Source of the DNA: Veleropilina oligotropha
Taxonomy: Eukaryota
Length of the DNA: 64,000 nucleotides
Reading direction: 5' to 3'
Assembly (NCBI GenBank): GCA_048128005.1
Contig: JBEUKZ010000125.1
Coordinates: forward strand, 124,001 to 188,000
Shown here: positions 1-12,407 of the stretch, one piece after another
Layout of the letters: each line of letters opens with the position of its first letter
Position numbering within the stretch: the stretch's first letter is position 1
The notes under the pieces: model-generated
What the model was told of the DNA's origin: nothing
The model's database searches: none
Seen by the model: only the letters and a program-made list of their open reading frames with translations
Program-made: the position numbers and the translations under genes

Positions 1-254
1 TTATATATATATATATACATATATACTTATATATATATATCCGTCGATTTATTTGAAAACTACAGGATGTACATTCCCACGAGTATTTGTAGGTCGTGTA
101 TAGAACTTTCGTAACACATTTTTTGCAAAAAGTGCATTTAATAGGGCTTTTTATGCATAATTGCTATCAAGAGTCTATACAAATATCTCCATGAGGTCAC
201 TTTGTTGCAGGTGTTGAGGTCAAATTGTTATATTGTATCTTTTTGTATTAAACT

Positions 255-1599
255 TCATAACAGTGTGAGGTCACAGTGCATGGATCATAACAGTGTGAGG
301 TCACAGTGCATGGATCATAACAGTGCGACGTCACAGTGCATGGATCATATCAGTGTGACGTCACACAGTGCATGGATCATAACAGTGTGAGGTCACAGTA
401 AATGGATCATAACAGTGTGACGTCACAGTGCATGGATCATAACAGTGTGAGGTCACAGTGCATGGATCATAACAGTGTGAGGTCACAGTGCATGGATCAT
501 AACAGTGTGAAGTCACAGTGCATGGATCATAACAGTGTGACGTCACAGTGCATGGATCATAACAGTGTGAGGTCACACAGTGCATGGATCATAACAGTGT
601 GGCGTCACACAGTGCATGGATCATAACAGTGTGGCATCACACAGTGCATGGATCATAACAGTGTGACGTCACAGTGCATGGATCATAACAGTGTGAGGTC
701 ACACAGTGCATGGATCATAACAGTGTGGCATCACACAGTGCATGGATCATAACAGTGTGGCATCACACAGTGCATGGATCATAACAGTGTGAGGTCACAG
801 TGCATGGATCATAACAGTGTGAGGTCACACAGTGCATGGATCATAACAGTGTGACGTCACAGTGCATGGATCATAACAGTGTGAGGTCACAGTGCATGGA
901 TCATAACAGTGTGACGTCACAGTGCATGGATCATAACAGTGTGAGGTCACACAGTGCATGGATCATAACAGTGTGGCGTCACACAGTGCATGGATCATAA
1001 CAGTGTGGCATCACACAGTGCATGGATCATAACAGTGTGAGGTCACAGTGCATGGATCATAACAGTGTGAGGTCACAGTGCATGGATCATAACAGTGTGA
1101 GGTCACAGTGCATGGATCATAACAGTGTGACGTCACAGTGCATGGATCATAACAGTGTGAGGTCACACAGTGCATGGATCATAACAGTGTGAGGTCACAC
1201 AGTGCATGGATCATAACAGTGTGACGTCACAGTGCATGGATCATATCAGTGTGACGTCACACAGTGCATGGATCATAACAGTGTGGCGTCACACAGTGCA
1301 TGGATCATAACAGTGTGGCGTCACACAGTGCATGGATCATAACAGTGTGACGTCACACAGTGCATGGATCATAACAGTGTGAGGTCACACAATGCATGGA
1401 TCATAACAGTGTGGCGTCACACAGTGCATGGATCATAACAGTGTGGCGTCACACAGTGCATGGATCATAACAGTGCGACGTCACAGTGCATGGATCATAA
1501 CAGCGTGACGTCACACAGTGCATGGATCATAACAGTGTGAGGTCACACAGTGCATGGATCATAACAGTGCGACATCACAATGCATGGATCATAACAGCG
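255..1599. repeat. Minisatellite, 30/32-bp unit (CATGGATCATAACAGTGTGAGGTCAC[AC]AGTG), ~43 copies; a last partial unit follows the inserted transposon at 2578-2605
   Basis: Tandem units read directly; variants differ by a CA insertion and by the gagg/gacg/ggcg core. Confidence 0.98.
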
Positions 1600-2577
1600 C
1601 AGCCCTCGGAATTAAGGTCGGCATTCGGCAATGCCGACCTCGTTGCCGACCTGCAAGCGTACGAGGTCGGTACTAATTACAATATTTATTCATAACTTGT
1701 TAAGTTGCATCTCTTTACCTACTTTGTATATTGTGCATCCTGGTTGAAATGTTCACCAATAAATCGTTAACATCACAAGTTTTCAACACTCAAGCGCTCA
1801 TTTCGCACATGTACGCTATTTATAAATTACTAGGTCACGGCTTCAAATCGCGTTTCCAAAATAATACGTTTAGGGCTTAGATGATTTGAAAATTGTCTCG
1901 TGTTGTTTCCAACTTACAATGTGGTAATCTTTTGTTTGGATAAAACTGCATATAACCAATTTAAGACACCATTTAATGATTAAATATTAATTTAAATAGA
2001 TTTAGAGACTTATGAACTTTATCCCAGAATTGGGTAGTTTCAGATTCAGTTATGAACACGCAGCGCGTCGGTCGCTGCGGGGTACACGATTAGTGACCAC
2101 GGCCAACGGGCAGAAATAACGTGTACAATTTGACAGCAATAAGATTCATGACTCATTGAGCGTGAAACTGCCTGTCATATATTTATTCCACACGCTTATT
2201 GTAATTAAAGATATTTGCTGATTCTATTGTCACTTTATCATCTACCAAAGGGAGATTTAAAAAAAGATTTTGCTACTCAATATTCGTCACGCGAACAGGT
2301 GAGGTAAACTGTAACACGTGCGCGATGCCGCGTGTGTGGGAGCCTCCAGTTCGCTCAAAATTTAAACTATATCATGTTGGCTAATTAGCAAATTATTCAA
2401 GATAAATATACACAGAAACAACGGTTGAAACATTCTTAAATTATGTATTTAAACAAGATTAAAGCATTGTGTTAACAGAAAACAGTTTAAAAAAATTTGC
2501 CGACCTCGTGCCGACCTGGTTGGACTTGAGGTCGGCAAAAATTTGCCGACCTGCATTTTTCCTAATTGCGAGGGCTG
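1600..2577. mobile_element. Non-autonomous TIR DNA transposon with 5-bp TSD (hAT5-like)
   Basis: TIRs cagccctcggaatta / taattgcgagggctg (14/15); TSD cagcg at 1595-1599 and 2578-2582; subterminal GCCGACCT repeats at both ends; minisatellite resumes after the element. Confidence 0.9.
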
Positions 2578-2811
2578 CAGCGTGATGTCACACAGTGCAT
2601 GGATCTTCAGCAATCAGTAGGCTAAATAATAATCTTGTGAAGTAAACAAAGACTAAGAAACACTGAAATGTACATTCATATTTAATTATAAAATAAAATG
2701 TACACTAATATATAACAGATGGCCCAAACATACATTTGTCAAGACATATTGCAAACGCATCGTTCTTGTTTTGTTATGCAATGTCATATTATGAGAGCCT
2801 GCTTATTTCAG

Positions 2812-2947
2812 GAGTTCAACGACTGCGTGTATGATGCGTGTCTGGGAACTGACCCCGTGGCAGCGGTCTGCGATTCCTTGGAAGCTCTGTTCGACGTCTG
2901 CGCGACCATTGGTTACGCTGTCGTTTGGGATCGCCAAACACTTTGCC
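2812..2947 (+). CDS. Gene 1 internal exon: C-terminal part of a C8 domain (IgGFc-binding protein/zonadhesin/tectorin-like)
   Basis: tttcag acceptor, gtatgt donor; EFNDCVYDACLG...VCDSLEALFDVC...WDRQTLC fits the C8 pattern CVYD.C...C...C..W; phase 0 to 1. Confidence 0.9.
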
Positions 2948-3125
2948 GTATGTATGCTTCAATGACATAATTATTATATCACCAGTCGACATTCTTTACA
3001 GTCCTTGATAACCTTTTCAATTTATCAGGTCGTTATTCAAATAGAGGGCTATGGCCAACTGTTGCTGATATGATGTTATAGCTAGAACACAGAGTCAAGA
3101 GTTGAATTTCTGGGGTTGCAGATAA

Positions 3126-4070
3126 TTGTATCTCCGGACTATGTAATAGTCTGGGAGAGTATGGTTTAGTCATCGTTCAGCCGCCGCAGAGATTTCCTGT
3201 GTTCGCTCTAACGTAAAAAGTTCAAATCCGATTTGATTCAAATTTGGTGTGCTCTTTAGTTATGATGAGGATACGCCACCTAACGATTTTCGTTGTTTTC
3301 AGATCCAAGATGGCCGCCGTGGCGGTCATTTTGTTCGATGAGATTTCTTGTACATGCGCGCTCTACAGTGAAAAGTTATTAACCGATTTGATTCATATTA
3401 GGTATGAGCATTAGTTATGATAAGGACATGCTGCCTAATGATTTTCGTTGGTTTTGGATCCAAGATGGCTGCGTGGTAGCCAGTTTGTTTGAAGATATCT
3501 CTTGTGTGCCCTCTACAGTGAAAAGTTATTATCCGATTTGATTTAAATTTGGTAAGCATGTTAGTTGTGATGAGAACATGCCACCGAACGAATTTCGACG
3601 TTTTCGTATCCAAGATGGCCGCTGTGGCGGCCATTTTGTTTGGAGAGATTTCTTGTGCATGCTCTACAGTGAAAAGTTATCCTATTTGATTCATATTTGG
3701 TATACGCGTTTGTTATGATGAGGACGTGCCACCTAATGATTTTCGTAGTTTTTGGATCCAAGATGGCCGCCTTGGTGGCCATTTTGTTTGATGAGATTTC
3801 CTCTACGTGCTCTACCGTGAATAGTTATTATCCGATTTGATTTGCACGTTAGTTATGATGAGGGCACGCCGCCTAACGATTTTCATTGTTTTTGGATCCA
3901 AGATGGCCACCATGGTGGCTATTTCCTTTGACGATATTTCATGTGCGCACTCACTCTACAGTGAACAGTTATTATCCGATTTGATTCAAATTTGATATAC
4001 ACGTTAAGTATGATGATGACACAACACGTATTGATTTTTGCGGCCGTGGGTCGAGGATTCGCTAGTTTTT
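3126..4070 (+). mobile_element. HINE-like (Helentron-associated) element with ~6 tandem ~150-bp units
   Basis: 5' tgtatctcc plus hairpin ccggactat..atagtctgg, ccg microsatellite, repeated unit (ctctacagtgaaaag at 3361, 3511, 3662), 3' ctagtttt end. Confidence 0.75.
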
Positions 4071-4413
4071 TTAAGGATCAATGCTGACTGCATTTTATAT
4101 GTAGAATGTCAAATCTTTTCATCAATTCATAAATGTGATCAATGCAATTTTTGGCAGAAGGACAATTGGCGTGGTCATTAAACATCAATCCATCACTGTT
4201 CAATCAAATTTCTTGGTGTACAATATTTTGTGATCCATATTTTCGCAGCTATTTGCATGCATATTTGTTGTGAGAGTACACTATTGTTTATAATTTATCC
4301 AGTTTACGTAGGGTTTTATTTTTCAGTTTTCGTGTTGGACTTTCGTAGGAATTCTGTGCATTTACACAGTTTATTTCTGAATCGTTGCATAATTATTTGC
4401 TTCATTTTCACAG

Positions 4414-4613
4414 CGACGAATTGTCCTGACCACTCTAGTTTTGTGGCCGTGATTACCAGCTGTGAACCGAGCTGTCTCAGCCCGAGTGTCGCCGCGTCGT
4501 GCGCTCCGGGGGCCACCAGTGGATGCGTCTGCAATGCCAATTACTTCAGGAGCAACGTGGATTGTATCCCACTCTCCAATTGCGGATGTATCGTTGGGGG
4601 TGCATATTATCAG
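4414..4613 (+). CDS. Gene 1 exon: TIL domain
   Basis: ttcacag acceptor, phase 1; (P)TNCPDHSSF...SCEPSC...C...GCVCNANYFRSNVDCIPLSNCGC..GAYYQ is a TIL pattern; donor is CAG|gcatgt. Confidence 0.9.
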
Positions 4614-5251
4614 GCATGTAGAACCTAGACTTATTTTATTATTGCCCGCACCGAAGGCATATTGTTGTTTCTATATTGTCCGGCTTCCGATGTCAGAAAT
4701 TTTGGTTAAAGTTTTTCGTTGAGTGTATAAGGGTTGTTTAAGGGACTTTTCAGTGTATACATATGCTTTGTTATTGGTTATATGGATGTCATCATATGGC
4801 AGTCATACTTACTATAATTAATGAACATATGAAGGTTATTCTGGACATAGAAATAAACTCTATAGGAGAATTCAGTTATTTCGGAAAGATTTTATGACTT
4901 CATGAAATTTATATCATTTCGAAAGTAGGCCGTTTCGGGGGCGCTGATTCCAGTAGTAATTAACTATCGTTTAATTTCATTCTGCTCTAAATTATAGAGA
5001 AAACAATTCAAAGATGATCCGAATTGATAAACTGATATGAATTTTATGACGCAATTACCGGTTTGCGGTTTGTCTGTCCACGGGCATTCCTCAACAATCA
5101 TTGGTCCGATTTACTCAATTTTTTTGGACACGAGATAGGGTCGATCGTAGGCTCTGTCCTCCTCAAAGATGTCCTGAATGGTGTTCCATTAATCTTAGTC
5201 CGACGATATTGGATGCAGGGCTTTATGCATGTCTTGCTTTTGTTCCCACAG

Positions 5252-5435
5252 GCTGGGTATTCAACTGCGGACTGCAGTCAGCAGTGTGACTGCACTGATG
5301 GCGTGTACAGCTGCCAGAATAATCCGGTCACCTGCGCTGTCGGCAGTTTATGCAGAGTGGAACTGGGATCTCCGGTTTGCGTGTGCGACGAAGATCATGG
5401 ATACCACATGGTTGCGGATGGTACTTGTGGACTGG
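5252..5435 (+). CDS. Gene 1 exon: VWC/TILa-like then EGF-like cysteine-rich segment
   Basis: cccacag acceptor phase 0; DCSQQCDCTDGVYSC...TCAVGSLC...CVCDEDHGY..VADGTCGL; G|gtaaat donor phase 1. Confidence 0.88.
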
Positions 5436-6212
5436 GTAAATAGACTTCGTAGCGTCTGCTTATTAAAGACGTAATATGCATATATATTGTTTGTTTGTGG
5501 TGCTGAAGCAGTTGACCTTGGTTACATTTTTTACCCAGATTTAAGATCACGTAATTTGTATTTCATGATGACAAATAGTGAGATGGATGGCTTGACGCTT
5601 AATGTCCTGTATATTTAAAACATATTCAATAATGAAAATAAGTGATACAAAGAAGGAGTAATATATTTGGGGGGGGGGAGGGGGGGGGTAACCCTTAACA
5701 CATTTAAACGTTTCTGGTGCAGTGTTCATCATTATGATCTCACATAAAATGCACCAAACTTGTTTTGAATTAATTAATGATTCTTTTGATATACAACATG
5801 CTTCCGTAAAGTTGAACAAGATCGACACAATTTTAGTATACATTTAAATATTCCAAACTTTTTTTAGCAGTATATATAAGATATATGCATATGTACATAT
5901 AATGTTCCCATATTATGCATTTAATTAAACTCAATTGCCCTTTAAGCGTTCTATATTAATAGTATATGGCGTTCGCCTTCAAAATAATCTTTGATTGTGA
6001 GCCATCTCTGAAATATCGTATGACTTTCTGTTATCTCTCACAGTGAAAAAATATTGTTAAAGTATAGGTAAACATATTGATTGCATAATGACTACTTTCA
6101 CGTGTGATGTCAACCAGTCATCTAATATCACTCACTGACATGTTGCCACAGCCTTTCTGTGACTTCTCAACTGATTATTTGTTACTTACAAATGTACATT
6201 AACTCCATTTAG

Positions 6213-6428
6213 TGACATGTACGGAACACGACACACAATACGAGACCACCTGCATCGATGTCATCGATACAGGAGAACCGCCCGAGGAAGCGGCCAAAAA
6301 TTGCTTTGTAAGAGGCGGGAGATTAATCGTAATTACGTCCGCGGGGATGAATGCGGCCGTGGAAGCAGAGATGGTGAAGCAGGGTATATACAAAGCGTGG
6401 ATTGGCCTCGACGACATTGAAATGGAAG
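6213..6428 (+). CDS. Gene 1 exon: N-terminal half of a C-type lectin domain
   Basis: atttag acceptor phase 1; EAAKNCFVRGGRLIVI...AWIGLDDIEME contains the CTLD WIGL motif; G|gtatga donor phase 1. Confidence 0.92.
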
Positions 6429-6444
6429 GTATGATCGTGTTGGA

Positions 6445-6770
6445 GACTGGGTGCCATCGTGGCTCAGTGGGAAGTTCACAGAGCCTCTCGTTCGCCTTCC
6501 GAGCTCGGCGATTTCACTTTAGTAAGGAAATAAGTGCGCATATTTGCCTTTGTCCACCCAGCCGATCTGAATGGGTACCTGGTTGGCAGTTATATAGGTC
6601 ACGGCGTCACCCGTGTAAAAATGACTGTAATGCTCCCAGAGGGAGTCGAGATGGCATGTCGCGTGCAACGGAACCATAACCAGGGGTAATAAATGAATGT
6701 CAAGCACCTGTGAGCAGCCTGGTTGTAACTCGGCACTCTATAAATAGATTACCATTATTATTATTATTGT
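6445..6770 (+). mobile_element. tRNA-derived SINE with CORE-like central domain and (ATT)n tail
   Basis: A-box-like gtggctcagtgg; gtccacccag..tgaatgggtacc core; tail ending attattattatt; related inverted copy near 52500-52870. Confidence 0.7.
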
Positions 6771-7007
6771 TAAAAAGCTTGACCATATCATTAGATAGCA
6801 ATGCATAAAGCATGCAAGTCATGTTTGTAAATCATTGTGCTTGTTTTAACATTTTGTTAGCTGGTAGATTTGAGCACTGTCATTAATATTTTACGTCGGA
6901 TGGAAAGGAACCTCCCAGATTGTAGCTTGTTTTTTAAAACATTTGTAATGCCTGGATATGGACGATATCATACTGGAGACCTAATTTTTCCATTACCGAC
7001 CAGTATA

Positions 7008-9372
7008 CAGGCGCGTCGGAAGCCAGCTGACATTGGGGCCGCTACATGAGCGGCGAAAATTGAGCGACCGTAGGTCGCGAATATCTAGGGGGTTTGAGGG
7101 CATGCCCCCCAAGATTTTTTTATTTGGATGCTCTGAGAAGCGTTCTCCTGCATTCTGGGACACAAATTCACAGTTTTTTTGCTTAAAAATTTCATGTTTG
7201 GAGATTAGATAAATTATAAAAAACGTTAAAATTTTCTAGAATAAACTTTGCACCAGTATCTGCGAAATCGACCATGGCAAAGATTGACCAGCAAACCTCC
7301 TGATAATTTATTTGGTTGAATATGGTGTGACATGTGACATAGCCACAATGCGCTTCGGCTTCGCAGACTTTATCGAAATGTGTGATGTCAGGTCGCGTAT
7401 TTGATCATGGCAAATAATCTTTTTGTCTTTTCCGTATAGGCGTGCTCATTATTAAAATCTTGAATCGGTATGCGTATCTATTAAAAACGGTAGTCGGTAG
7501 TACCTAAAGCTGAAGACACATATATGTGTTAAACGGATGCGTCGGTGTCTGCGTCAGACGGATCCGTTTGACCTGTACACATATATGCGTCGAAGCCTTT
7601 CCATCATGGATTTGTCTGACGATAAGGAAGGTACGATTGTCATGCTTATTGCCTATCGTCATCTGCAGACAAATTCACAAAGGCGTAGGTTTTGGGAGCA
7701 TGAAAAAGTCCAAGAAATGAAAGAACAATCTCATACATAGGGAATTATACATGAACGATGATTAATTTATCTGGTATCTCCGACCGACAAAAGTGCATTT
7801 TTGTTGGTGCTACATTACATTGGAAACGTTCTAACGAAAGGATCTAGGTACAGGGACGCTATCGAACTGCCTCTACTACAGATTCTACAAATTCTGACGT
7901 CATATTTCCAAATCTCGCAATTTCGACCATGCACTTGGTTACTTTTCAATGTGGTTACCCCAGTGTTTATGCATATGATGTCACCTCCTCTCCGTAAAAC
8001 GGATCCGTTTGCACTTTGCTTCAACATGTTGCACGCAATGCACTTAACGCATTTGTCTGACGGTGACGGATGCGTGTTGACGCATATATATGTGAACGGA
8101 CATATTGAAGATATAGTGTTTAAACGGATCCGTTTCACGCATATATGTGTCTTCAGCTTTATAGAATTGGCAACCTACCATGTGATTCGGAAGGGTTGGC
8201 AAGTATATGCTGACTTGTAAAAATGGTTAATGACGTGCGAGCGCGCTGTGCATTGTAGAAAAATTTGGAAAATCAGAACGCGATTTTCCGGTACACAGGT
8301 CACCATTGCACCTGCCGCAAGTTGCATAAATAACCGGCTCAAAGGCTTTTTTGCAGCAACATATCATGATTTGGAGAATAATATTTGAAGGCTAAAGACT
8401 GGCTTAGTGTGTGTATGAGCGTATCGATGGGCAATATCTAAGTACATGTAAGCAGTACTGAAGTAGGACAACCATAAACATAGAGGTGAACCAGTAACCG
8501 CCTTGAGTGACAACAACTTTTAATATTGCGATAGATCATACTGAATGCTTCTATTCGTTCTATTGTGAAACTGCCACACGCTTCCTTCAGTTTCTTAATT
8601 CGAAGACGTTCCTGGAAAACTCAATGACGAGGAGAGATAATATGTCAGTCTCTAATATCTTGGGTTACTGCATAGCGGTTAAAATAGCTTATTTAAAAGG
8701 GGCCATCGCCTCCGGTCGTAGCCAAATTGCTACCACCGAAATCCGCTTCTAAGTTGTGATCGTCTGTTGCCCAATATCTGACTTCAAGGAATTTAGATGT
8801 TAACTCCCATGTTCGGATATGTTGTGAGTTTCCATAAAGAGTTATCTGATGGTAAAGGATTCATGTCCCGTGACTAACATAGAACCTGACAGTCATCGAT
8901 TCCTCCGGTACAACCATGTCATGGTTCAACTTGCAGTTATTTGACAATGGAGTCAATTCCAATATACATTGGAAGATAAAGTTTATTTACAGCAGCATCA
9001 AATATAATGGCGGTTATATCAGCAGAACAAAAGCAAAGCAGCAGATATAGGCCTATATGAGTTCAACCTCGATTGGCGGTCGGACAGTTCGGAACTAATT
9101 TGCACAATACAAATTACCATATTTTAAAAGATACTCGTCCACAAATGGTTATCAAGTTCTTTAACTTCATTGGTTTAGAAAGATCATTCGATGCTGTCTA
9201 AACAGCTACTGATGGAAAATTCCAGTTACAGGGCGCGTGTATGTCTTGACAGTGGCGTAGTTACTATAATCTATTAGGCAAAGTAGGCCCAGGCATGCTA
9301 CATGCTGTCAGGCAAGTGTAAGGTTTAATTTCCGTACATATTGGGGCCGCGGCCCCTGCTGCGACCCCTCTG
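7008..9372. mobile_element. Non-autonomous CAG...CTG TIR element with 5-bp TSD, carrying nested insertions
   Basis: Imperfect TIRs caggcgcgtcggaagc / gctgcgacccctctg; TSD gtata at 7003-7007 and 9373-9377; ttggggccgc near both ends. Confidence 0.7.
7507..8159 (+). mobile_element. Internally deleted PIF/Harbinger-like element
   Basis: Perfect 20-bp TIR aagctgaagacacatatatg, TA on both sides; aacggatccgtt subterminal palindromes; residual peptide MDLSDDKE..RRRFWEHE resembles Harbinger transposase N-termini. Confidence 0.75.
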
Positions 9373-10115
9373 GTATATTAAAGGTCAAATATGGCACCGG
9401 GTCATAAAATTAGCTATTCCATCGCTTTGACAGAGTTATTGCCCTTGTTTTAAATTCGTTAAAATTGTCTTTTTCGGATCTCATTTAACCGCAGGACATA
9501 TCTTTATGAAATTTGGTGAGTGTATTTGGTAGTTGATGAATTGGTGCCTTTTGCTTATTTTCGACCATGTGAGGGGATTATTGACAGAATTATTTCTCTT
9601 TTCTGGAATGTATCTCATAAACTGTACAACATATGGTAGTTAGTGATAATAGTGAAGTATGGTCTTTTGCTAATTTCTATAATATGCGACAATTATTGAT
9701 GAAGTTATTACCTTCTTCTTTCTTCTTATTCGACTTCTTTTCCAAAACTGAGGGTTAAATGGTTTAACAGCTGCTCGATTTCACATATATCTGACACACA
9801 TCGATCATAGAAAGGCCTTCAGTTAAAATCCACTGCCGCATATGATTTTCCAATACCCCAGTCGTGCCACATCTTGTGTTTTTAAATTTGTTATATTATC
9901 TCATAAATAGCTTTGACATATTGTTTACTTAGACATTATGTATTTTCTGCTTGATTACCTAATATCTCATGAATGTCATTGTATCCCCAGACAATAGTCA
10001 GGGATCATATGGTTTAGTCATCGTTCATCCGCGTCCACCGTAGGGATTTCTTGTTTGCGCTTTACCGTGAAAAGTTGTAATCCGATTTGATTCAAATTTG
10101 GTATGCACGTTAGTT

Positions 10116-11801
10116 GTATCCCCCGAAACTAAAGTATCGGGGGATACTATGGTTTAGCATCCGTTACGCCTCCGCCGCCGAGAGATTCCTCATAATCGCA
10201 CTAGACAAGCCATTTCTTAACGGAATGTTTTCAAATTTGGTACATGTATGTGCATTGGTTGGGGCGAGGACACGGCACCTATAGAATTTGGGAGTGGTCC
10301 GACCTCCAAGATGGCCGCTGTGGCCTCCGTCTTTGATTTTAAGCATAATTCTTTGTGATCGCTCTAGACAGGCCATTTCTTAACGGAATGTTTTCAAATT
10401 TGGTATGTGCATTGGTTGGGGCGAGGACAGGACACCTATATATTTTGGGTCACGTGACCCCAATATTTTGGTGGCCATCTTGAATTTCATTAGAGAACTA
10501 TTTTCTTTTATAAATTTGTTAATATTTAACCTAGCGGGACATGATTTATATATTCAGATACCAGGGGTAATTGTCTAAAATGTCATGGAAGTGGATTTTT
10601 GATTATTAAATTTAACCGGCAGCCATATTGGATTTAAATTTTAAGGGTCTTTAAAATGGCTATATCTTGAAAATGATTCAACGTAAACACATGGTCACTA
10701 TGGGAAGTCATGGTTGGGCTTTCAAATGCCACCATGACCTTTGACCTCAGATGACCAACATTGCTCTAAATGACCTAATTAAGGAAAAATGGATACTGTA
10801 AACCCCTATATTTTAACGGCCACAAAATTTAGCGATTTCTTAACTCCCTGTATATTAGCGGCCTTGTAAATTACCGATTTTTAATTCCAAAGTTAATCAA
10901 TTATCTCTTTAAAGAGAGACTTGTTCATTTTCACGACCTTTTATTTTCGCGATAAAATTACGTACGCGAAACTCGCGAAAATATAAGGCACGCTAAAATA
11001 TAGGGTTTTACAGTATATGTGTGCTGAGAGTGGATAAAGTGAACTCCTATGTAGTCGACATTTACCAATTATGCTAGATAAAATTGAAAAGCAGGAAGTG
11101 CCTCGGCGGCCATTAAAGCATTTGTTTAAAGTGGCAATACATGTATATCAAAAAGGATGCACCGTGGACACATAGTTACTATGGGGAGCGTATGGGAAGT
11201 CATGGTTGATATTTCACATGTGACCTTGGCCTTTGACCTCAGTTGACCTACATTGCAGGAAATGACCTAATTAAGGAAAAAGACATGTTTGCCAGAAAAT
11301 GGCCAACTCGGTTAATATTGATGCTAGAGCTTAGATATTTTAAATTAGGAAAATAAAAAAATTCTAAAAAACGAACAAAATGACATGTTTTCAAATTTGG
11401 TATGTGCATTGGTTTGGGTGAGGACACTACACTTAAAGATCTCTGGTGTGGGCCGACCTCCAACTAATGCTTGCAAGCTAGAGAGGGAGTCTGAATAGAT
11501 AATAAAGTGCCTGTTATTACTATTTGAGATTAAATTAAATGCAAGGACCAAGATGGCCCCCTTCGAGAGATTCCTCACGATTGCTCTGAACAGGTCATTT
11601 CTTAATGGAATGTTCTCAAATATGGTATGTGCATTAATTTGGGTGGGGACACAACACCTATAGATTTTGGGTGTGGTCCGGCCTCCAAGATGGCCGTTGT
11701 GGCCTCCATCTTGAATTTTAAAGCATAATTCCTTGTGATCACTCTAGACAGGTCATTACCGGGGGGGATACATATGCGCTCACTCGTGACTGAGCGTCTA
11801 G
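10116..11801 (+). mobile_element. Nested HINE-like element (second family)
   Basis: 5' hairpin tatcccccga..tcgggggata; 3' subTIR ggggatac; 3' stem-loop cgctca..tgagcg; ends ctag|tt. Confidence 0.8.
10796..11013. mobile_element. Tc1/mariner-type MITE, 218 bp
   Basis: TIR ctgtaaacccctatatttta / taaaatatagggttttacag (1 mismatch); TA TSD. Confidence 0.85.
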
Positions 11802-12221
11802 TTATGATGAGGACACGCCGCCTAACGAATTTTGCCAGTTTCAGTCCAAAGATGGCCACCGTGGGGGCCATTTGTTTGGAGAGATTTCATGTGCGCGCTG
11901 TACAGTGAATTTTTTATTCCGATTAGATTCAAATTTGGTATGCACGTTCGTTATGATGATAGCACATTGCCTAACGATTGTCGTCGGTTTCGGGTTCAAG
12001 ATAGCTGCCTTGGCGGCCATTTTCTCTGATGAGATTTCTTGTGCGCACTCTACAGTTAAAAGCTATAGCCCGATTTGATTCAAATTTGATATACACATTT
12101 GGTATAATGAGGACATGGCGCCTGTAGATTTTCGCTGCCGTGGGACGGGATACAACCCCTCGATTTGCTTGTTTAATTTTCCTGTAGTGATATTTCAACT
12201 ATAAATGTATGTTATTTGTAG

Positions 12222-12407
12222 GCACCCTTGTGTGGGAGTCCGGAGATGTGTACAACCCTCATCAATATTCAAACTTTGATTCTACTTCTGTGAACAGCGA
12301 AGATGTAGACTGTGTGTCAATCGATATGATGGGTGGTTCATGGCGCTACGAGCACTGCACCACAGGCATCTATCCATATGTCTGTGAATATGGCGATTTC
12401 CCTACAG
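12222..12407 (+). CDS. Gene 1 exon: C-terminal half of the C-type lectin domain
   Basis: tttgtag acceptor phase 1 joins 6428 (EG|TLVWESG); EDVDCVSI...SWRYEHC...YVCE; donor G|gtattt at 12407, or read-through to stop 12451 with AATAAA near 12497. Confidence 0.9.

Larger units (their letters stand above)
9979..12174 (+). mobile_element. HINE-like element of the same family as 3126-4070, split by a nested HINE
   Basis: subTIR tgtatccc / gggataca (12147-12154); the ~150-bp unit is interrupted at 10115 and resumes at 11804. Confidence 0.75.

Noticed and set aside
202..626. Repetitive ORFs (MDHNSVRSQC / HCYDPCTVTS) or a CRISPR-like array
   Set aside because: Translations of a minisatellite; the 32-bp variants break the frame and there are no unique spacers
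6429..6679. C-terminal extension of the 155-aa lectin ORF
   Set aside because: Read-through into an intronic SINE; the domain continues in the exon at 12222
7801..8220. 139-aa and 107-aa ORFs
   Set aside because: Lie in the repeat-rich arm of a non-autonomous element and have no transposase catalytic motifs
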